Below are positions 50,056-59,988 of a stretch of 64,000 nucleotides of DNA, piece after piece; positions within the stretch are counted from its first letter, which is position 1; every line of letters begins with the position of its first letter. The stretch comes from Candidatus Aquivivens invisus. GTDB lineage: Bacteria; Omnitrophota; Gorgyraeia; Aquiviventales; Aquiviventaceae. The stretch covers positions 10,788 to 74,787 of the forward strand of contig MHGA01000031.1 in the NCBI GenBank assembly GCA_001804415.1. The letters run 5' to 3'. The position numbers and the translations under genes were made by a program. The notes beneath the pieces are model-generated. The model did no database searches. It was not told the origin of the DNA and saw nothing but the letters and a program-made list of their open reading frames with translations.

Positions 50056-50654
50056 CTGCTCGACCAGGCGCGGTGCTCGGTTCCAGTGAGCAGCCGCTGC
50101 AGATTCGCTCGGTGCTGCACGATGATCAGCAGGGCGAGCAGGCCGCCGATCCCGACCGCGGTCAGGGGCTGATGAGCGCCCAGCTGGCTGACCGGAATGG
50201 CTGCGGCCGCCATCATCGAGCCAATGGACACATAGCGGGTCAGCGCAAAGAACAGGATCCACGTCGCCGCCACGACACCGGCCACAAGAGGTGAACAGCC
50301 GATCAGCGCCCCGATGGTGGTCGCGACCCCCTTGCCGCCACGAAACCGGAGCCAGCACGGAAAATCGTGCCCGATGACCGCCATCAATCCAGACGTCAGG
50401 GCCATGGCCGGAGACACCTCGTCCAGCAGCCAGGCGGGAAGGCATCTCGATGCCACGACACCCTTGAACAGATCGATGACGAAGACCGACACGCCGGCCC
50501 ACGCCCCGATCGTCCGAAAGGCATTCGTCGCGCCGACGTTGCCGCTGCCGACGGTCCGGATATCAACCCCCCTGGCCAGCTTCGCGAAGAGGTACGCCGT
50601 GGGGATGGAACCCACGAGGTAGCACGCCCCCCACGTCAACAGCAGCGGCATCAA
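50052..50654 (-). CDS. plsY: Glycerol-3-phosphate acyltransferase
   Basis: YLVGSIP, GSGNVGATN, GH.FP..FRGGKGVAT, HRANLQRL. Confidence 0.96.
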   Translation of the reverse strand: MMPLLLTWGACYLVGSIPTAYLFAKLARGVDIRTVGSGNVGATNAFRTIGAWAGVSVFVIDLFKGVVASRCLPAWLLDEVSPAMALTSGLMAVIGHDFPCWLRFRGGKGVATTIGALIGCSPLVAGVVAATWILFFALTRYVSIGSMMAAAAIPVSQLGAHQPLTAVGIGGLLALLIIVQHRANLQRLLTGTEHRAWSSS

Positions 50655-51193
50655 CTTAACAATTTGATCCCCATCCGCAGGTAGCCGATGCCGGAGAGGA
50701 CGGTCAGTGCCGCCGCCGCCAGCAACATCTCAGACTTTCCCGGCAGCCCCAGCAAGGCCATCGGAATCACCAGCATCTGGACGAGCACCGTCCATTTCCC
50801 GAGCCGACTCGGACGGACGGGCCATTGATTGGTAAATCCGACGACCAACAACGTGCCCGCGACCAGCACCACATCGCGGCTGATCACGATGAGATTGAAC
50901 CAGGCGGGGATACGCATCCATTCCGGAAGCGCCCGGATGGTGGAAAGGCTGATGAGGGTGCTGAGGATCAAGAACTTATCGGCGAGCGGATCAAGAATGG
51001 TCCCAAGCTTGGACTGCTGGTGCTGCGAGCGGGCGATCAATCCATCGAGAGCATCAGAGAGCATCCCGACGACGAAGAGCGCCAGCGCGACCAACCGAAG
51101 CGCCTCGCGGTCAGGTTGATAGTAGACCAGGGAGGCGACAATACACGGCGCCAGCAAGATCCGCAGGAGCGAAATCTTGTTGGCCAAACTCAT
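50651..51193 (-). CDS. pgsA: CDP-alcohol phosphatidyltransferase (PgsA-like)
   Basis: LAN.IS..R, DALDGLIAR...G..LDPLADK. Confidence 0.85.
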   Translation of the reverse strand: MSLANKISLLRILLAPCIVASLVYYQPDREALRLVALALFVVGMLSDALDGLIARSQHQQSKLGTILDPLADKFLILSTLISLSTIRALPEWMRIPAWFNLIVISRDVVLVAGTLLVVGFTNQWPVRPSRLGKWTVLVQMLVIPMALLGLPGKSEMLLAAAALTVLSGIGYLRMGIKLLS

Positions 51194-51196
51194 AAA

Positions 51197-51250
51197 GTTA
51201 ACAGGTTCAAGGAACGGACAGAACCTGTGTCCTGTTCAAGGAAAAGACAG
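51197..51250 (-). promoter_or_regulatory. Conserved 5'-UTR element, copies 2 and 3
   Basis: GGTTCTGTCCGTTCCTTGAACCTGTTAAC (51225-51197) plus partial CTGTCTTTTCCTTGAAC (51250-51234). Confidence 0.6.
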
Positions 51251-51257
51251 CCCGCGG

Positions 51258-51632
51258 TTACTCTTTATACCGAAGTTCGACGCCGTGGTTCGGGCAGTAC
51301 TTGACGTCCTCGCCGTACAATTCGCCTCCCACCGGACAAAACTTCGACCGGCTGGTCGCCACCGGCGTTTGCTGCTGTTGGATTTTCTTGTCCTGGGCCT
51401 CGAGGGCTGATCCCATCAACCCGCCCCCCAGCGCGCCGACCGCCGCGCCGATGGCGGTTCCGGCTCCAGCTTTTCCTGATTGCTCTCCAATAATGGCCCC
51501 GGTCCCCGCCCCAATGAGGCTCCCGATGGCAGCGCCCTGCACCGTTTTCGATTGCGCGGCGGTCTGCACCCCTTCGCATCCGGCCAGCCCGAGGGTCGCT
51601 GCCGCCACCAGGATCGCTGTCAGCCTCGTCAT
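51258..51632 (-). CDS. Glycine-zipper lipoprotein with C-terminal zinc ribbon
   Basis: LAGC lipobox, GAAIG..GA repeats, CP..G...YCP.HG; SD AAGGAGG. Confidence 0.85.
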   Translation of the reverse strand: MTRLTAILVAAATLGLAGCEGVQTAAQSKTVQGAAIGSLIGAGTGAIIGEQSGKAGAGTAIGAAVGALGGGLMGSALEAQDKKIQQQQTPVATSRSKFCPVGGELYGEDVKYCPNHGVELRYKE

Positions 51633-51668
51633 CTCACACCTCCTTGGGTTGTGGACTTGCTCGAGGGT

Positions 51669-51697
51669 ACTCTAGCATAAGTGGGCCATCAGCGCAA
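51669..51697 (-). promoter_or_regulatory. sigma70 promoter for the lipoprotein gene
   Basis: TTGCGC-N17-(TGC)TAGAGT overlapping the lepB stop. Confidence 0.55.
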
Positions 51698-52267
51698 GAC
51701 GCGCAGCCGGCTCGGAGGCCAGAAGATGCACACCGCTTTGCCGATCAGGAGCCGCCTCGGCACAAAGCCCCAGTACCGGCTGTCATGCGATGAGGACGAG
51801 TTATCACCCAAGACGTAGTACATCCCATCGGGCACGCGGACGACATGATCCTCCTGGCCGAATTCTCCCTGATTGTAGTAGAAGAAGTTGTGCACCTGCG
51901 CGTTGGCGGAAAGCTCGCCGTTGACCCAGAGATGCCCATCGCGTATCTCTACGAGATCGCCGCCCACCGCCGCCAACCGCTTGATGAACGGGCGTTTGGG
52001 GTTCTCGGGAAATCGAAACACGATGATCTCACCGGCTTTGGGGTCTCGAACGCGGTAGAGAAATTTGTTCACCAAGATGCGATCTCCCTCCAGGAGCGTG
52101 GGACGCATAGAGCCTGAGGGGATTTTGAACGGGGCGATCAGGAACGTCCGAATCAGCAGCGCCACCGCCACCGCCCAGAGCACCGACTCGAGATTCTCCC
52201 GCCACGCGGAAGACACCGGCCGCAACACCTCGCGCGGCGCACGGGTTCGACGACGGCGGACCCTCAT
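51689..52267 (-). CDS. lepB: Signal peptidase I
   Basis: IPSGSMRPTL, FIKR, LGDN...S.DSRYWG. Confidence 0.95.
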   Translation of the reverse strand: MRVRRRRTRAPREVLRPVSSAWRENLESVLWAVAVALLIRTFLIAPFKIPSGSMRPTLLEGDRILVNKFLYRVRDPKAGEIIVFRFPENPKRPFIKRLAAVGGDLVEIRDGHLWVNGELSANAQVHNFFYYNQGEFGQEDHVVRVPDGMYYVLGDNSSSSHDSRYWGFVPRRLLIGKAVCIFWPPSRLRVLR

Positions 52268-54063
52268 GAGGAGAGTCTCAACGCAGCGAGAAACGCCTCT
52301 TGAGGAATTTCGACTTGGCCGAATTGCTTCATGCGCTTCTTCCCTTCTTTCTGGCGTTCCCAGAGCTTGCGCTTCCTCGTGATGTCGCCGCCGTAACATT
52401 TGCCGGTCACGTGCTTCGCGAGCGGCCGAACCGATTCACGCGCGATCACGTGGTTGCCGACTGCGGCCTGAATCGCCACCTCGAACAGTTGTCGGGGGAT
52501 GAGGTGCCGTAATCGCTCCACGAGCGCCCGGCCCTGCTCGTAGGCATGGTCTTTGGCGACGATCGACGAGAGCGGCTCGCACAACCTGCCGTTGATCAGG
52601 ATATCCAGCCGCACGAGCGAGGCCGCGCGGTACCCGGTCAGCTCGTAATCAAACGATCCGTAGCCCTGGGTCAGCGATTTGAGTCGGTCGTAGAAATCCA
52701 CCACGATCTCGCTCAGCGGCAGCTCGACGACGATCTTCACGCGCGTTTCGCTGAGGAACTCCGTGGAACGATGGGTGCCGCGTTCCTGTTTGACCAGATC
52801 CATCAGGATGCCCAGGCAGGTGGCCGGCGCGAGCATGACCGCCTCGACATACGGCTCAAGGAGCTCCGCGATGGTGTGCACAGGCGGCAGCTTCGACGGA
52901 CTGTCAATCTCGACGATCCGCCCGTCCGTGAGCTTGGCCTGATAGGCCACGCTGGGGGTCGTCAACACCAGGTCGACCCCGAACTCGCGCTCCAACCGCT
53001 CCTGGACAATCTCCATGTGCAGCAGCCCGAGGAACCCGCACCGGAATCCCTGTCCCAGGGCGTCGGATTGCTCAGGAGCGAAGTAAAACGCCGCGTCATT
53101 GAGCAGCAGTTTTTCCATCGCCGACCGCAGCGTTCCCAATGCCTGGGTGTTGGCCGGGTAGATGCCAGCAAAGACCATCGGCTTGAGCCGTCGAAACCCT
53201 GGCAAGGCGGTTGCCACCGGACGGGCGGTTTCGGTGATCGTCTCGCCGGCCAGGACGTCCCGGGGATCGCGGATGTTCGCGGTGAGGTAGCCGACTTCTC
53301 CCGCGCACAGCTCCTCAACCGGCACCGGTTTCGGGGTGAGCACCCCCACCTCCTGTACCACATGCCCCTTGGAGGAACCCAGGAACGTGAGGCCCATCCC
53401 GCGGCGCAGCGTGCCCTCAACGACCTTCACAAACACCACCACCCCTTTGTAGTCATCATAAACCGAATCGAACACGAGCCCCGCGAGAGGATTGGCGGGA
53501 TTCCCCATCGGTGGAGGGATCTCTCTGACCACACGTTCCAGCACCTCCTCGACGCCACGGCCCTCCTTGGCGCTGACCTGACTGATGGCGATGTCGGGCT
53601 GTTGCAGGAGCTGGCGGATCTCCCGCGTCACGCGATCGATCTGCGCATGCCCCAAATCGATCTTGTTGATCACGGGAATGATTGCGAGGCCGTGCTCTTT
53701 GGCCAGCAGATAGTTGGCGACCGTCTGCGCCTCGACGCCTTGGGTGGCATCCACGATGAGCAGGGTGCCTTCGCAGGCCTGGAGACTTTTCGCCACCTCG
53801 AAGGCGAAATCGACGTGGCCGGGGGTGTCGATAAGGTCGAGGAGGTACTCCTGGCCATCGCCTGCGCGGTGGTGCAGCTGGACGCACGAAGCCTTGATGG
53901 TGATGCCGCGTTCCCGCTCCAGGTCCATATCATCGAGCACCTGGTCGCGGAATTCTCGCCGATCGACCGCCCCGCTGAGCTGTAGCAACCGATCCGCGAG
54001 GGTCGATTTGCCGTGGTCGATATGGGCGATGATGCAGAAGTTGCGGATCCGCGCTTGGTCCAT
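52264..54063 (-). CDS. lepA: Elongation factor 4
   Basis: IRNFCIIAHIDHGKSTLADR, GFLGLLHMEI, KCYGGDITRK. Confidence 0.98.
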   Translation of the reverse strand: MDQARIRNFCIIAHIDHGKSTLADRLLQLSGAVDRREFRDQVLDDMDLERERGITIKASCVQLHHRAGDGQEYLLDLIDTPGHVDFAFEVAKSLQACEGTLLIVDATQGVEAQTVANYLLAKEHGLAIIPVINKIDLGHAQIDRVTREIRQLLQQPDIAISQVSAKEGRGVEEVLERVVREIPPPMGNPANPLAGLVFDSVYDDYKGVVVFVKVVEGTLRRGMGLTFLGSSKGHVVQEVGVLTPKPVPVEELCAGEVGYLTANIRDPRDVLAGETITETARPVATALPGFRRLKPMVFAGIYPANTQALGTLRSAMEKLLLNDAAFYFAPEQSDALGQGFRCGFLGLLHMEIVQERLEREFGVDLVLTTPSVAYQAKLTDGRIVEIDSPSKLPPVHTIAELLEPYVEAVMLAPATCLGILMDLVKQERGTHRSTEFLSETRVKIVVELPLSEIVVDFYDRLKSLTQGYGSFDYELTGYRAASLVRLDILINGRLCEPLSSIVAKDHAYEQGRALVERLRHLIPRQLFEVAIQAAVGNHVIARESVRPLAKHVTGKCYGGDITRKRKLWERQKEGKKRMKQFGQVEIPQEAFLAALRLSS

Positions 54064-54072
54064 GACGGAACG

Positions 54073-55488
54073 TCAGCAGGTTTTGATGAGCTGGAGGCCG
54101 AAATCCAGCAATCGGGTGACGCGGGCGGCCACCGGGCTTTCCGCGTACACGCGGACAATCGGCTCGGTTCCTGAGCGGCGAAACAACAGCCAGCTCTCAT
54201 CCCGCCCAATGAGCTTGACGCCATCCAGCGTCTTGACCTCCCTGACCGTCGTGCCGGCGATCCGCGTAGGAGGTGACGCCTGCAATTTGGCAAACACGCG
54301 CGCCACGCGCTCCGGCGAGAGCGTCAAGTCGCGCCGCGTATACGCCCACCGCCCGAGCCGGCGTTCCAACCGGCGCAACAGGTCGAGGATGCCGCACCCC
54401 TGCGCCGCCATCGCCTCCAGCACCAGCAGGCCCATGAGAATGCCGTCTCGTTCCGGCAGGTAGCCTCGGATCCCGATGCCGCCGGATTCCTCGCCCCCAA
54501 TGAGCACCCCGCCATCCAGCAACAGCTTGGCGATATGCTTGAAGCCCACGGGCACTTCCACGACGGCCAGCCCATGGGCTTGTGCCAACCGGTCAATCAT
54601 CGAGGTGTTGGACACCGTCTTTACGATGGTCCCGCGCCACCGGCGCGTCAGAATCAGATGCTCGGCCAGAATGCACAGGACTTGGCCGGGATTCAGGAAG
54701 ACCCCGTTGGGCGCCACGACCCCAAGCCGATCGGCATCGCCATCCGTGGCCAGCCCGACGTCCCACCGATGGTGTCTTAGAGTGGCGATCAGCGACTTCA
54801 GGTGGCTGGCAATTGGCTCGGGGGCTTGTCCCCCGAAGAGCGGATCCCGCTCGGCATGGAGGGTGTCGACACGGCACCGGCCTTGGCGGAGCAGCTGCTC
54901 GATCAATCGCCCGCCCACCCCGTGCATGGAATCCACCACCGCCTTCAGATGGGAGCCCCGGATCATCCGTAGGTCGACCAGCGCGCGGATCCCCTTGAGA
55001 TAATCCGGCAAGAAGTCGGCGCGGCGTACCAATCCCCGCTCTTGCGCCTCAGCGAAGGGGAGGCGGGAAGGCGCTCGACGCCCTAACCGCGATTCAATGG
55101 ACGCCACGGTCTCTGTCGTGGCGGATCCTCCGAATGCCTCCTTCACCTTGATCCCGTTATAGGTTGGAGGGTTGTGGCTGGCGGTGACGACGATCCCGCC
55201 GGCGGCCCGATGGTCCACGACATAGCGGCTGACCGCACAGGTCGGCACCGGACTCTCTGAGAGGATCACCGTGACGCCGTTGGCGGCCAGCACCTCGCAG
55301 ACGGCCCTGGCGAACTCCTCGGAGAGAAATCGCAGGTCGTAGCCGACCGCCAGCGTCGGCCGACGGCCGCCGGCAGCCTGCAGGAAATGTCCCGCGATGC
55401 CCTGGGTGACGCGGCAGACATTCTCGATGGTAAACTCCTCCGCCATCACCGCTCGCCACCCCTCAGTTCCGAACTTGATGCGCGTCAT
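54073..55488 (-). CDS. Phosphoglucomutase/phosphomannomutase
   Basis: FGT.GWR, TASHNP, DGDADR, GEESGG, RRSGTEP. Confidence 0.95.
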   Translation of the reverse strand: MTRIKFGTEGWRAVMAEEFTIENVCRVTQGIAGHFLQAAGGRRPTLAVGYDLRFLSEEFARAVCEVLAANGVTVILSESPVPTCAVSRYVVDHRAAGGIVVTASHNPPTYNGIKVKEAFGGSATTETVASIESRLGRRAPSRLPFAEAQERGLVRRADFLPDYLKGIRALVDLRMIRGSHLKAVVDSMHGVGGRLIEQLLRQGRCRVDTLHAERDPLFGGQAPEPIASHLKSLIATLRHHRWDVGLATDGDADRLGVVAPNGVFLNPGQVLCILAEHLILTRRWRGTIVKTVSNTSMIDRLAQAHGLAVVEVPVGFKHIAKLLLDGGVLIGGEESGGIGIRGYLPERDGILMGLLVLEAMAAQGCGILDLLRRLERRLGRWAYTRRDLTLSPERVARVFAKLQASPPTRIAGTTVREVKTLDGVKLIGRDESWLLFRRSGTEPIVRVYAESPVAARVTRLLDFGLQLIKTC

Positions 55489-56156
55489 TGAGGTGCCGGC
55501 TCCGCGGCCCGCAGCGCCGCGATCGCGTCCTCGTAATGGGGTTGACGAAAGATGGCTGTGCCGGCCACCAGGACATTCGCGCCGGCCGCCCGCACGAGTG
55601 TTGCGGTTCGGGGGTTGATGCCGCCATCCACGACGAGATCCCCGTCGAACCACGCGCGGCATTGCCGAATCTTCTCCACCATCTCCGGCAGGAACGCCTG
55701 ACCTCCGAAACCGGGCTCGACCGTCATCACAAGAATCTGGTCAAGGTCCTGAAGGTAGGGCCGCAGGGCCTGCGCCGGCGTGGTGGGGCGCAGCGACAGT
55801 CCAGCGCGGATCTTGCGTCGGCGAAGCTGCTGCAGAAACTCGCGCAGGCGGTCGGGGTCGCGTAAACCCGCCGATTCCACATGGACCGTCAGATGGTCCG
55901 TGCCGGCCGCCAGGAATGCCTCGACAAACTGCTCCGGATGCTCAATCATCAGCTGCACGTCCAGGGGACGGGTGGCCACGCGATGCACCGCCTCGACGAT
56001 CACCGGCCCGAAACTGATGTTGGGAACGAAGTGGCCATCCATCACGTCCAGGTGCAACCAGTCTGCCCCGGCGCGCTCAACCGCCTTGACCTCCTCAGCC
56101 AATCGGGTGAAATCACACGCCAGCAGACTTGGCGCCACGAGAAGCTTCCGCATCAA
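55485..56156 (-). CDS. rpe: Ribulose-phosphate 3-epimerase
   Basis: APSLL, HLDVMDGHFVPN, MTVEPGFGGQ, VDGGI. Confidence 0.97.
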   Translation of the reverse strand: MMRKLLVAPSLLACDFTRLAEEVKAVERAGADWLHLDVMDGHFVPNISFGPVIVEAVHRVATRPLDVQLMIEHPEQFVEAFLAAGTDHLTVHVESAGLRDPDRLREFLQQLRRRKIRAGLSLRPTTPAQALRPYLQDLDQILVMTVEPGFGGQAFLPEMVEKIRQCRAWFDGDLVVDGGINPRTATLVRAAGANVLVAGTAIFRQPHYEDAIAALRAAEPAPQ

Positions 56157-57457
56157 TGCACCCCTGCCAACAAGCCTTGCAATGTCCCGCTCTGATCCTG
56201 TGAGGTCGGGCCGATGAGCGCGAGGAACAACCGGCGAGCCTCAAAGACCACGCGCGCCGCTTGCCGGATCTCGCGGGCGGACACCCGTTCGATCGCCGCA
56301 ATCAGTTCCCTCGGTTGGCCCACCCGGCCCACCGCGACCACCTGTTCCCCCATCCACAGCATATGTTCCATCGTCTCCTCAAGCGCCATCAGGAGCTGGC
56401 CGCAGTAGAATTCCTTGGCCCGCTTCAATTCACCCGCGCCAACCGGCTTGCGTCGGACGCGATTGAGCTCCCTCGTGATGATCTCGACCGTCGTCACCAG
56501 CTTACCCGGATCGCAGCCGGCTGAGATCACAAAGGCCCCGGTGTCGCGGTACCGCTTGATCTGCGTGCCGATCTCGTACACCAGCCCCCGCTTTTCGCGG
56601 ACCTCGCGGAACAACCTCGAGGACATGTTGGCCCCCAGCACCACGTGCAGGAGCTCGATGGCGAACCGCAACGGGTGCGTGCGGCCAATGGCGGGCCCTC
56701 CCAGGCACAGGTGGGTCTGCTCGGTAGTTTTGCGCACGAAGCGCAGTTGCGGCCCGCGACGCACGCGGGGGGCCCGGAGAAACGGCCTGAGGGATCCTCG
56801 GCGAGCCGGCCCGAACGCCGCGCGAAGCCAACCCTCGACCTCACCGGATTCAAAGGCGCCGGCGCATGCGACGAGACAATTGCGATGGTGATAGCGCTGC
56901 CGCCAATACGTCACAAGGTCCGGCCGCCGAATCCCTCGAACCGTCTCGATGGTTCCCGACAGGACGCTGCCCAGCGGATGATTCGGCCAGAGCAGCTGAT
57001 TAAACACATCGTGGATGTATTGCCCGGGGGCGTCCTCATACATGCGGATCTCTTCCAGGATGACCTCGCGTTCTCTCTCGACATCTTCAGCGGCCAGGGA
57101 GGGACGCAGCACCATATCCGCGAGAATCTCAATCGCCCGCCGCGCATACCGCGCGGGGACTTTGGCCATATAGCAGGTGAATTCCTCCGCGGTAAATCCG
57201 TTGAGGCTGCCGCCGACCCCTTCAATCGCCTGGGTGAGCTGCTCGCAGCTGCGCCGGCGGGTCCCTTTGAAGACCAGATGCTCCAGGAAATGGGAGATGC
57301 CCGAGAGCCTCAACGGCTCGTAGCGTCCGCCGGCTCCGACCCACACGCCGACCGCCACGGACTCGACATGCTCTACCGGCCGCAGGACGGCGGCGAGCCC
57401 GTTGGAGAGCGTCGTCAGGCGGTAGGGGTTCTTCTTACGTGGTGCGCGCGTGGGCAT
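56153..57457 (-). CDS. M16 (pitrilysin) family zinc protease
   Basis: HFLEH inverted HxxEH, EEIRM, SSRLF.EVREKRGL.Y. Confidence 0.94.
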   Translation of the reverse strand: MPTRAPRKKNPYRLTTLSNGLAAVLRPVEHVESVAVGVWVGAGGRYEPLRLSGISHFLEHLVFKGTRRRSCEQLTQAIEGVGGSLNGFTAEEFTCYMAKVPARYARRAIEILADMVLRPSLAAEDVEREREVILEEIRMYEDAPGQYIHDVFNQLLWPNHPLGSVLSGTIETVRGIRRPDLVTYWRQRYHHRNCLVACAGAFESGEVEGWLRAAFGPARRGSLRPFLRAPRVRRGPQLRFVRKTTEQTHLCLGGPAIGRTHPLRFAIELLHVVLGANMSSRLFREVREKRGLVYEIGTQIKRYRDTGAFVISAGCDPGKLVTTVEIITRELNRVRRKPVGAGELKRAKEFYCGQLLMALEETMEHMLWMGEQVVAVGRVGQPRELIAAIERVSAREIRQAARVVFEARRLFLALIGPTSQDQSGTLQGLLAGVH

Positions 57458-57857
57458 CGAGATACGTTTGGAGGATGAGTTGGGCGGCCACCTGATCGAT
57501 GAGCCGTTTGTGAGTCCGAGGCGAAGCGCCTGTGCTGCGCAACGCCCGGTGCCCTTCAACGGTGGTGAGGCGCTCATCGACTACCTCGACGGGACAGGCG
57601 AGCCGCTGGCGCAAGCCGTTCACGAACTCCTCGACGGATTTGGTCTGTTCGCTCCTCGTCCCTTTGAGGGTCAGCGGCAGGCCCACGACGACCACGCCCA
57701 CCTCGTGCGTTGACACGAGCGAGGCGATGGCGTGAAAATCGCGCGCGGGATCATGCCGCTCAATGACCGTGAGGCGCTGGGCGCTGATCCCAAGCGGGTC
57801 GCTTAACGCGGCACCGATCCGCCGCGTGCCCACATCCAGTCCCAGCGCCCGCTGCAT
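57435..57857 (-). CDS. ruvX: YqgF/RuvX nuclease
   Basis: LGLDVGTRRIG, VVGLP, DERLTT, D..AA..ILQ.YL. Confidence 0.94.
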   Translation of the reverse strand: MQRALGLDVGTRRIGAALSDPLGISAQRLTVIERHDPARDFHAIASLVSTHEVGVVVVGLPLTLKGTRSEQTKSVEEFVNGLRQRLACPVEVVDERLTTVEGHRALRSTGASPRTHKRLIDQVAAQLILQTYLDAHARTT

Positions 57858-57865
57858 GCCAGCCG

Positions 57866-58693
57866 CTATACCGCCCGGCGCAGCCCGCGGAGGAAGGCGG
57901 CCGCTTCGCGCAGCCATCTCCGACGCTGGTTCCGGAACGGCTCGAGCGCGTTGAGCAACGCGCTGCCGACGATCACGCCATCCGCGACGCGTCCGACCGC
58001 CCGAGCGTGTGCGGGCGTTGAGATGCCGAATCCCACGCACACGGGTTTGGTGGTCAAGAGCTTCAACTCGCGCACGCCGTGCAACCAGTCCGGCGGCAAT
58101 TGCCGGCGAGCTCCGGTCGTGCCGGTCAACGAGACATAGTAGATAAACCCCTCCGAGGCCCGGGCGATCCGGCGCAAGCGATAGGCCGGGCTGGTCGGGG
58201 CGGCGAGGAAAATCGTCGCGATGCCATGACGTCGCCCAAGATCGTGGAGTCCGTCCGCTTCGTCTGGAGGCAGATCAGGCACGATGAGCCCGCTGACACC
58301 GCATCGCGCGGCGTCGCGAAGGAACGGCGCAGGATCGCAGGCCGCCCGGCGCGATCCGTAGTGCACCACCGGATTCCAGTAGGAGAGCAGGATGAGCGGA
58401 ACCGCCACGCGCCGCTTGATGCGTGCGATCATCTTGAGCACGGCGGCCGGGGTCACCCCTGTGCCGAGCGCCCGGCTGGAGGCGCGCTGGATCGTCGGGC
58501 CATCCGCCAAGGGATCGGAGAACGGAATACCCACCTCAACGCAATCCGCCCCTACCCCCGCAAGTGCTTGGATCAGCTGCGCGGTCGCCGGCAGGCTGGG
58601 GTCCCCCGCCATGACAAAAGGGATTAACGCTTTGCGGTGCGTCTGCCGCAAGCGGGCAAACACTTCACGAATCTTAAGAGTGCCTAACATCAT
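57866..58693 (-). CDS. trpA: Tryptophan synthase alpha chain
   Basis: GIPFSDPLADGPTIQ, PDLP, YYVS..GTTG, VGFGIS, GVIVGSA. Confidence 0.97.
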   Translation of the reverse strand: MMLGTLKIREVFARLRQTHRKALIPFVMAGDPSLPATAQLIQALAGVGADCVEVGIPFSDPLADGPTIQRASSRALGTGVTPAAVLKMIARIKRRVAVPLILLSYWNPVVHYGSRRAACDPAPFLRDAARCGVSGLIVPDLPPDEADGLHDLGRRHGIATIFLAAPTSPAYRLRRIARASEGFIYYVSLTGTTGARRQLPPDWLHGVRELKLLTTKPVCVGFGISTPAHARAVGRVADGVIVGSALLNALEPFRNQRRRWLREAAAFLRGLRRAV

Positions 58694-58714
58694 GATCGCA
58701 TGGTGTTAGGCACT

Positions 58715-59938
58715 CTAGACATCGGGAAGAGCGCGAGCGATGGTTTCCACGTCCTTATCTCCACGGCCTGAGAGGCCGAGGACCACGAGGCTGTGCTTGG
58801 GCAACCGATTCGCGAGCTGTTTCAGGTATCCAATCGCGTGAGCCGGCTCAAGCGCCGGGATAATCCCTTCGGTTCTCGCAAGCAGCCGGCAGCCTTCCAG
58901 CGCGAGACGATCGGACACCGCGGCATACCGCGCGCGACCCAGCTGGCGGTAGAACGCGTGCTCCGGCCCCACCCCGGGATAATCGAGTCCCGCGGCGATC
59001 GAGCGGGTCTCAAGAATCTGCCCATGACGATCTTGCAGCACCAGGCTGCGCGCGCCGTGGAGCACGCCTGGGGTTCCCTTCACCAACGTCGCGGCATGCT
59101 CGCCCGGACGCAGCCCTGTGCCACCGGCCTCGACGCCGATCATCCGCACCCCCCGATCCTTGACAAAGGGATGGAACAGGCCCATGGCATTTGATCCGCC
59201 GCCCACGCACGCGATCAGGGCATCCGGCAGCCGGCCTTCAGCCTGGAGGATCTGCCGGCGCGCTTCCTTGCCGATCACGGATTGGAATTCGCGCACCATC
59301 AGCGGATAGGGGTGAGGCCCGACGACGGAGCCCAGACAGTAATACGTCGTGCGCACATTGGTCACCCAGTCCCGCAGCGCTTCGTTGCAGGCGTCCTTCA
59401 AGGTCTTGGTGCCGCTTGTGACCGGGATGACCCTGGCGCCGAGCAGCTGCATCCGAAACACATTCAGCGCCTGCCGCTTCGTATCCTTCTCCCCCATGAA
59501 AACGTCGCACTGGAGTCCGAAATGCGCCGCCACCGTCGCCGTCGCCACCCCGTGCTGGCCGGCGCCCGTTTCGGCGATGAGGCGGCGCTTGCCCATCCGC
59601 ACGGCAAGCAGCGCCTGGCCGAGCGTGTTGTTGATCTTGTGGGCGCCCGTGTGCAGCAGATCTTCCCGTTTCAGGTAGATGCGCAGGCCGCCCAGAGCCC
59701 GGCTCAGGCGTGTGGCGCCATACAGCGGGGTCGGCCGGCCCGCGTAGTGTCGGAGGTAGGCGTTGAGCGTGTCATGAAAGGCGGGGTCCCGCCGAGCCTT
59801 GTGGAAGGCGGTCTCGAGCTCATCCAGCGCCGCCATCAAGGTCTCCGGCACAAATTTTCCCCCGAAGGGACCGAAATGACCCCCGCGATCCGGCCCGGTG
59901 AATCGGCCGGAACCCCGACGATGTGAACGCATTGGCAT
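58715..59938 (-). CDS. trpB: Tryptophan synthase beta chain
   Basis: [49 protein letters not shown]. Confidence 0.98.
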   Translation of the reverse strand: MPMRSHRRGSGRFTGPDRGGHFGPFGGKFVPETLMAALDELETAFHKARRDPAFHDTLNAYLRHYAGRPTPLYGATRLSRALGGLRIYLKREDLLHTGAHKINNTLGQALLAVRMGKRRLIAETGAGQHGVATATVAAHFGLQCDVFMGEKDTKRQALNVFRMQLLGARVIPVTSGTKTLKDACNEALRDWVTNVRTTYYCLGSVVGPHPYPLMVREFQSVIGKEARRQILQAEGRLPDALIACVGGGSNAMGLFHPFVKDRGVRMIGVEAGGTGLRPGEHAATLVKGTPGVLHGARSLVLQDRHGQILETRSIAAGLDYPGVGPEHAFYRQLGRARYAAVSDRLALEGCRLLARTEGIIPALEPAHAIGYLKQLANRLPKHSLVVLGLSGRGDKDVETIARALPDV

Positions 59939-59948
59939 AGAACTTTCT

Positions 59949-59977
59949 ATCCTAGCGGAAAGATCACGGTTGGTCAA
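59949..59977 (-). promoter_or_regulatory. sigma70 promoter for trpBA, near-leaderless
   Basis: TTGACC-N17-TAGGAT; ATG 10 nt downstream. Confidence 0.65.
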
Positions 59978-59988
59978 ACCGCGAGGGA

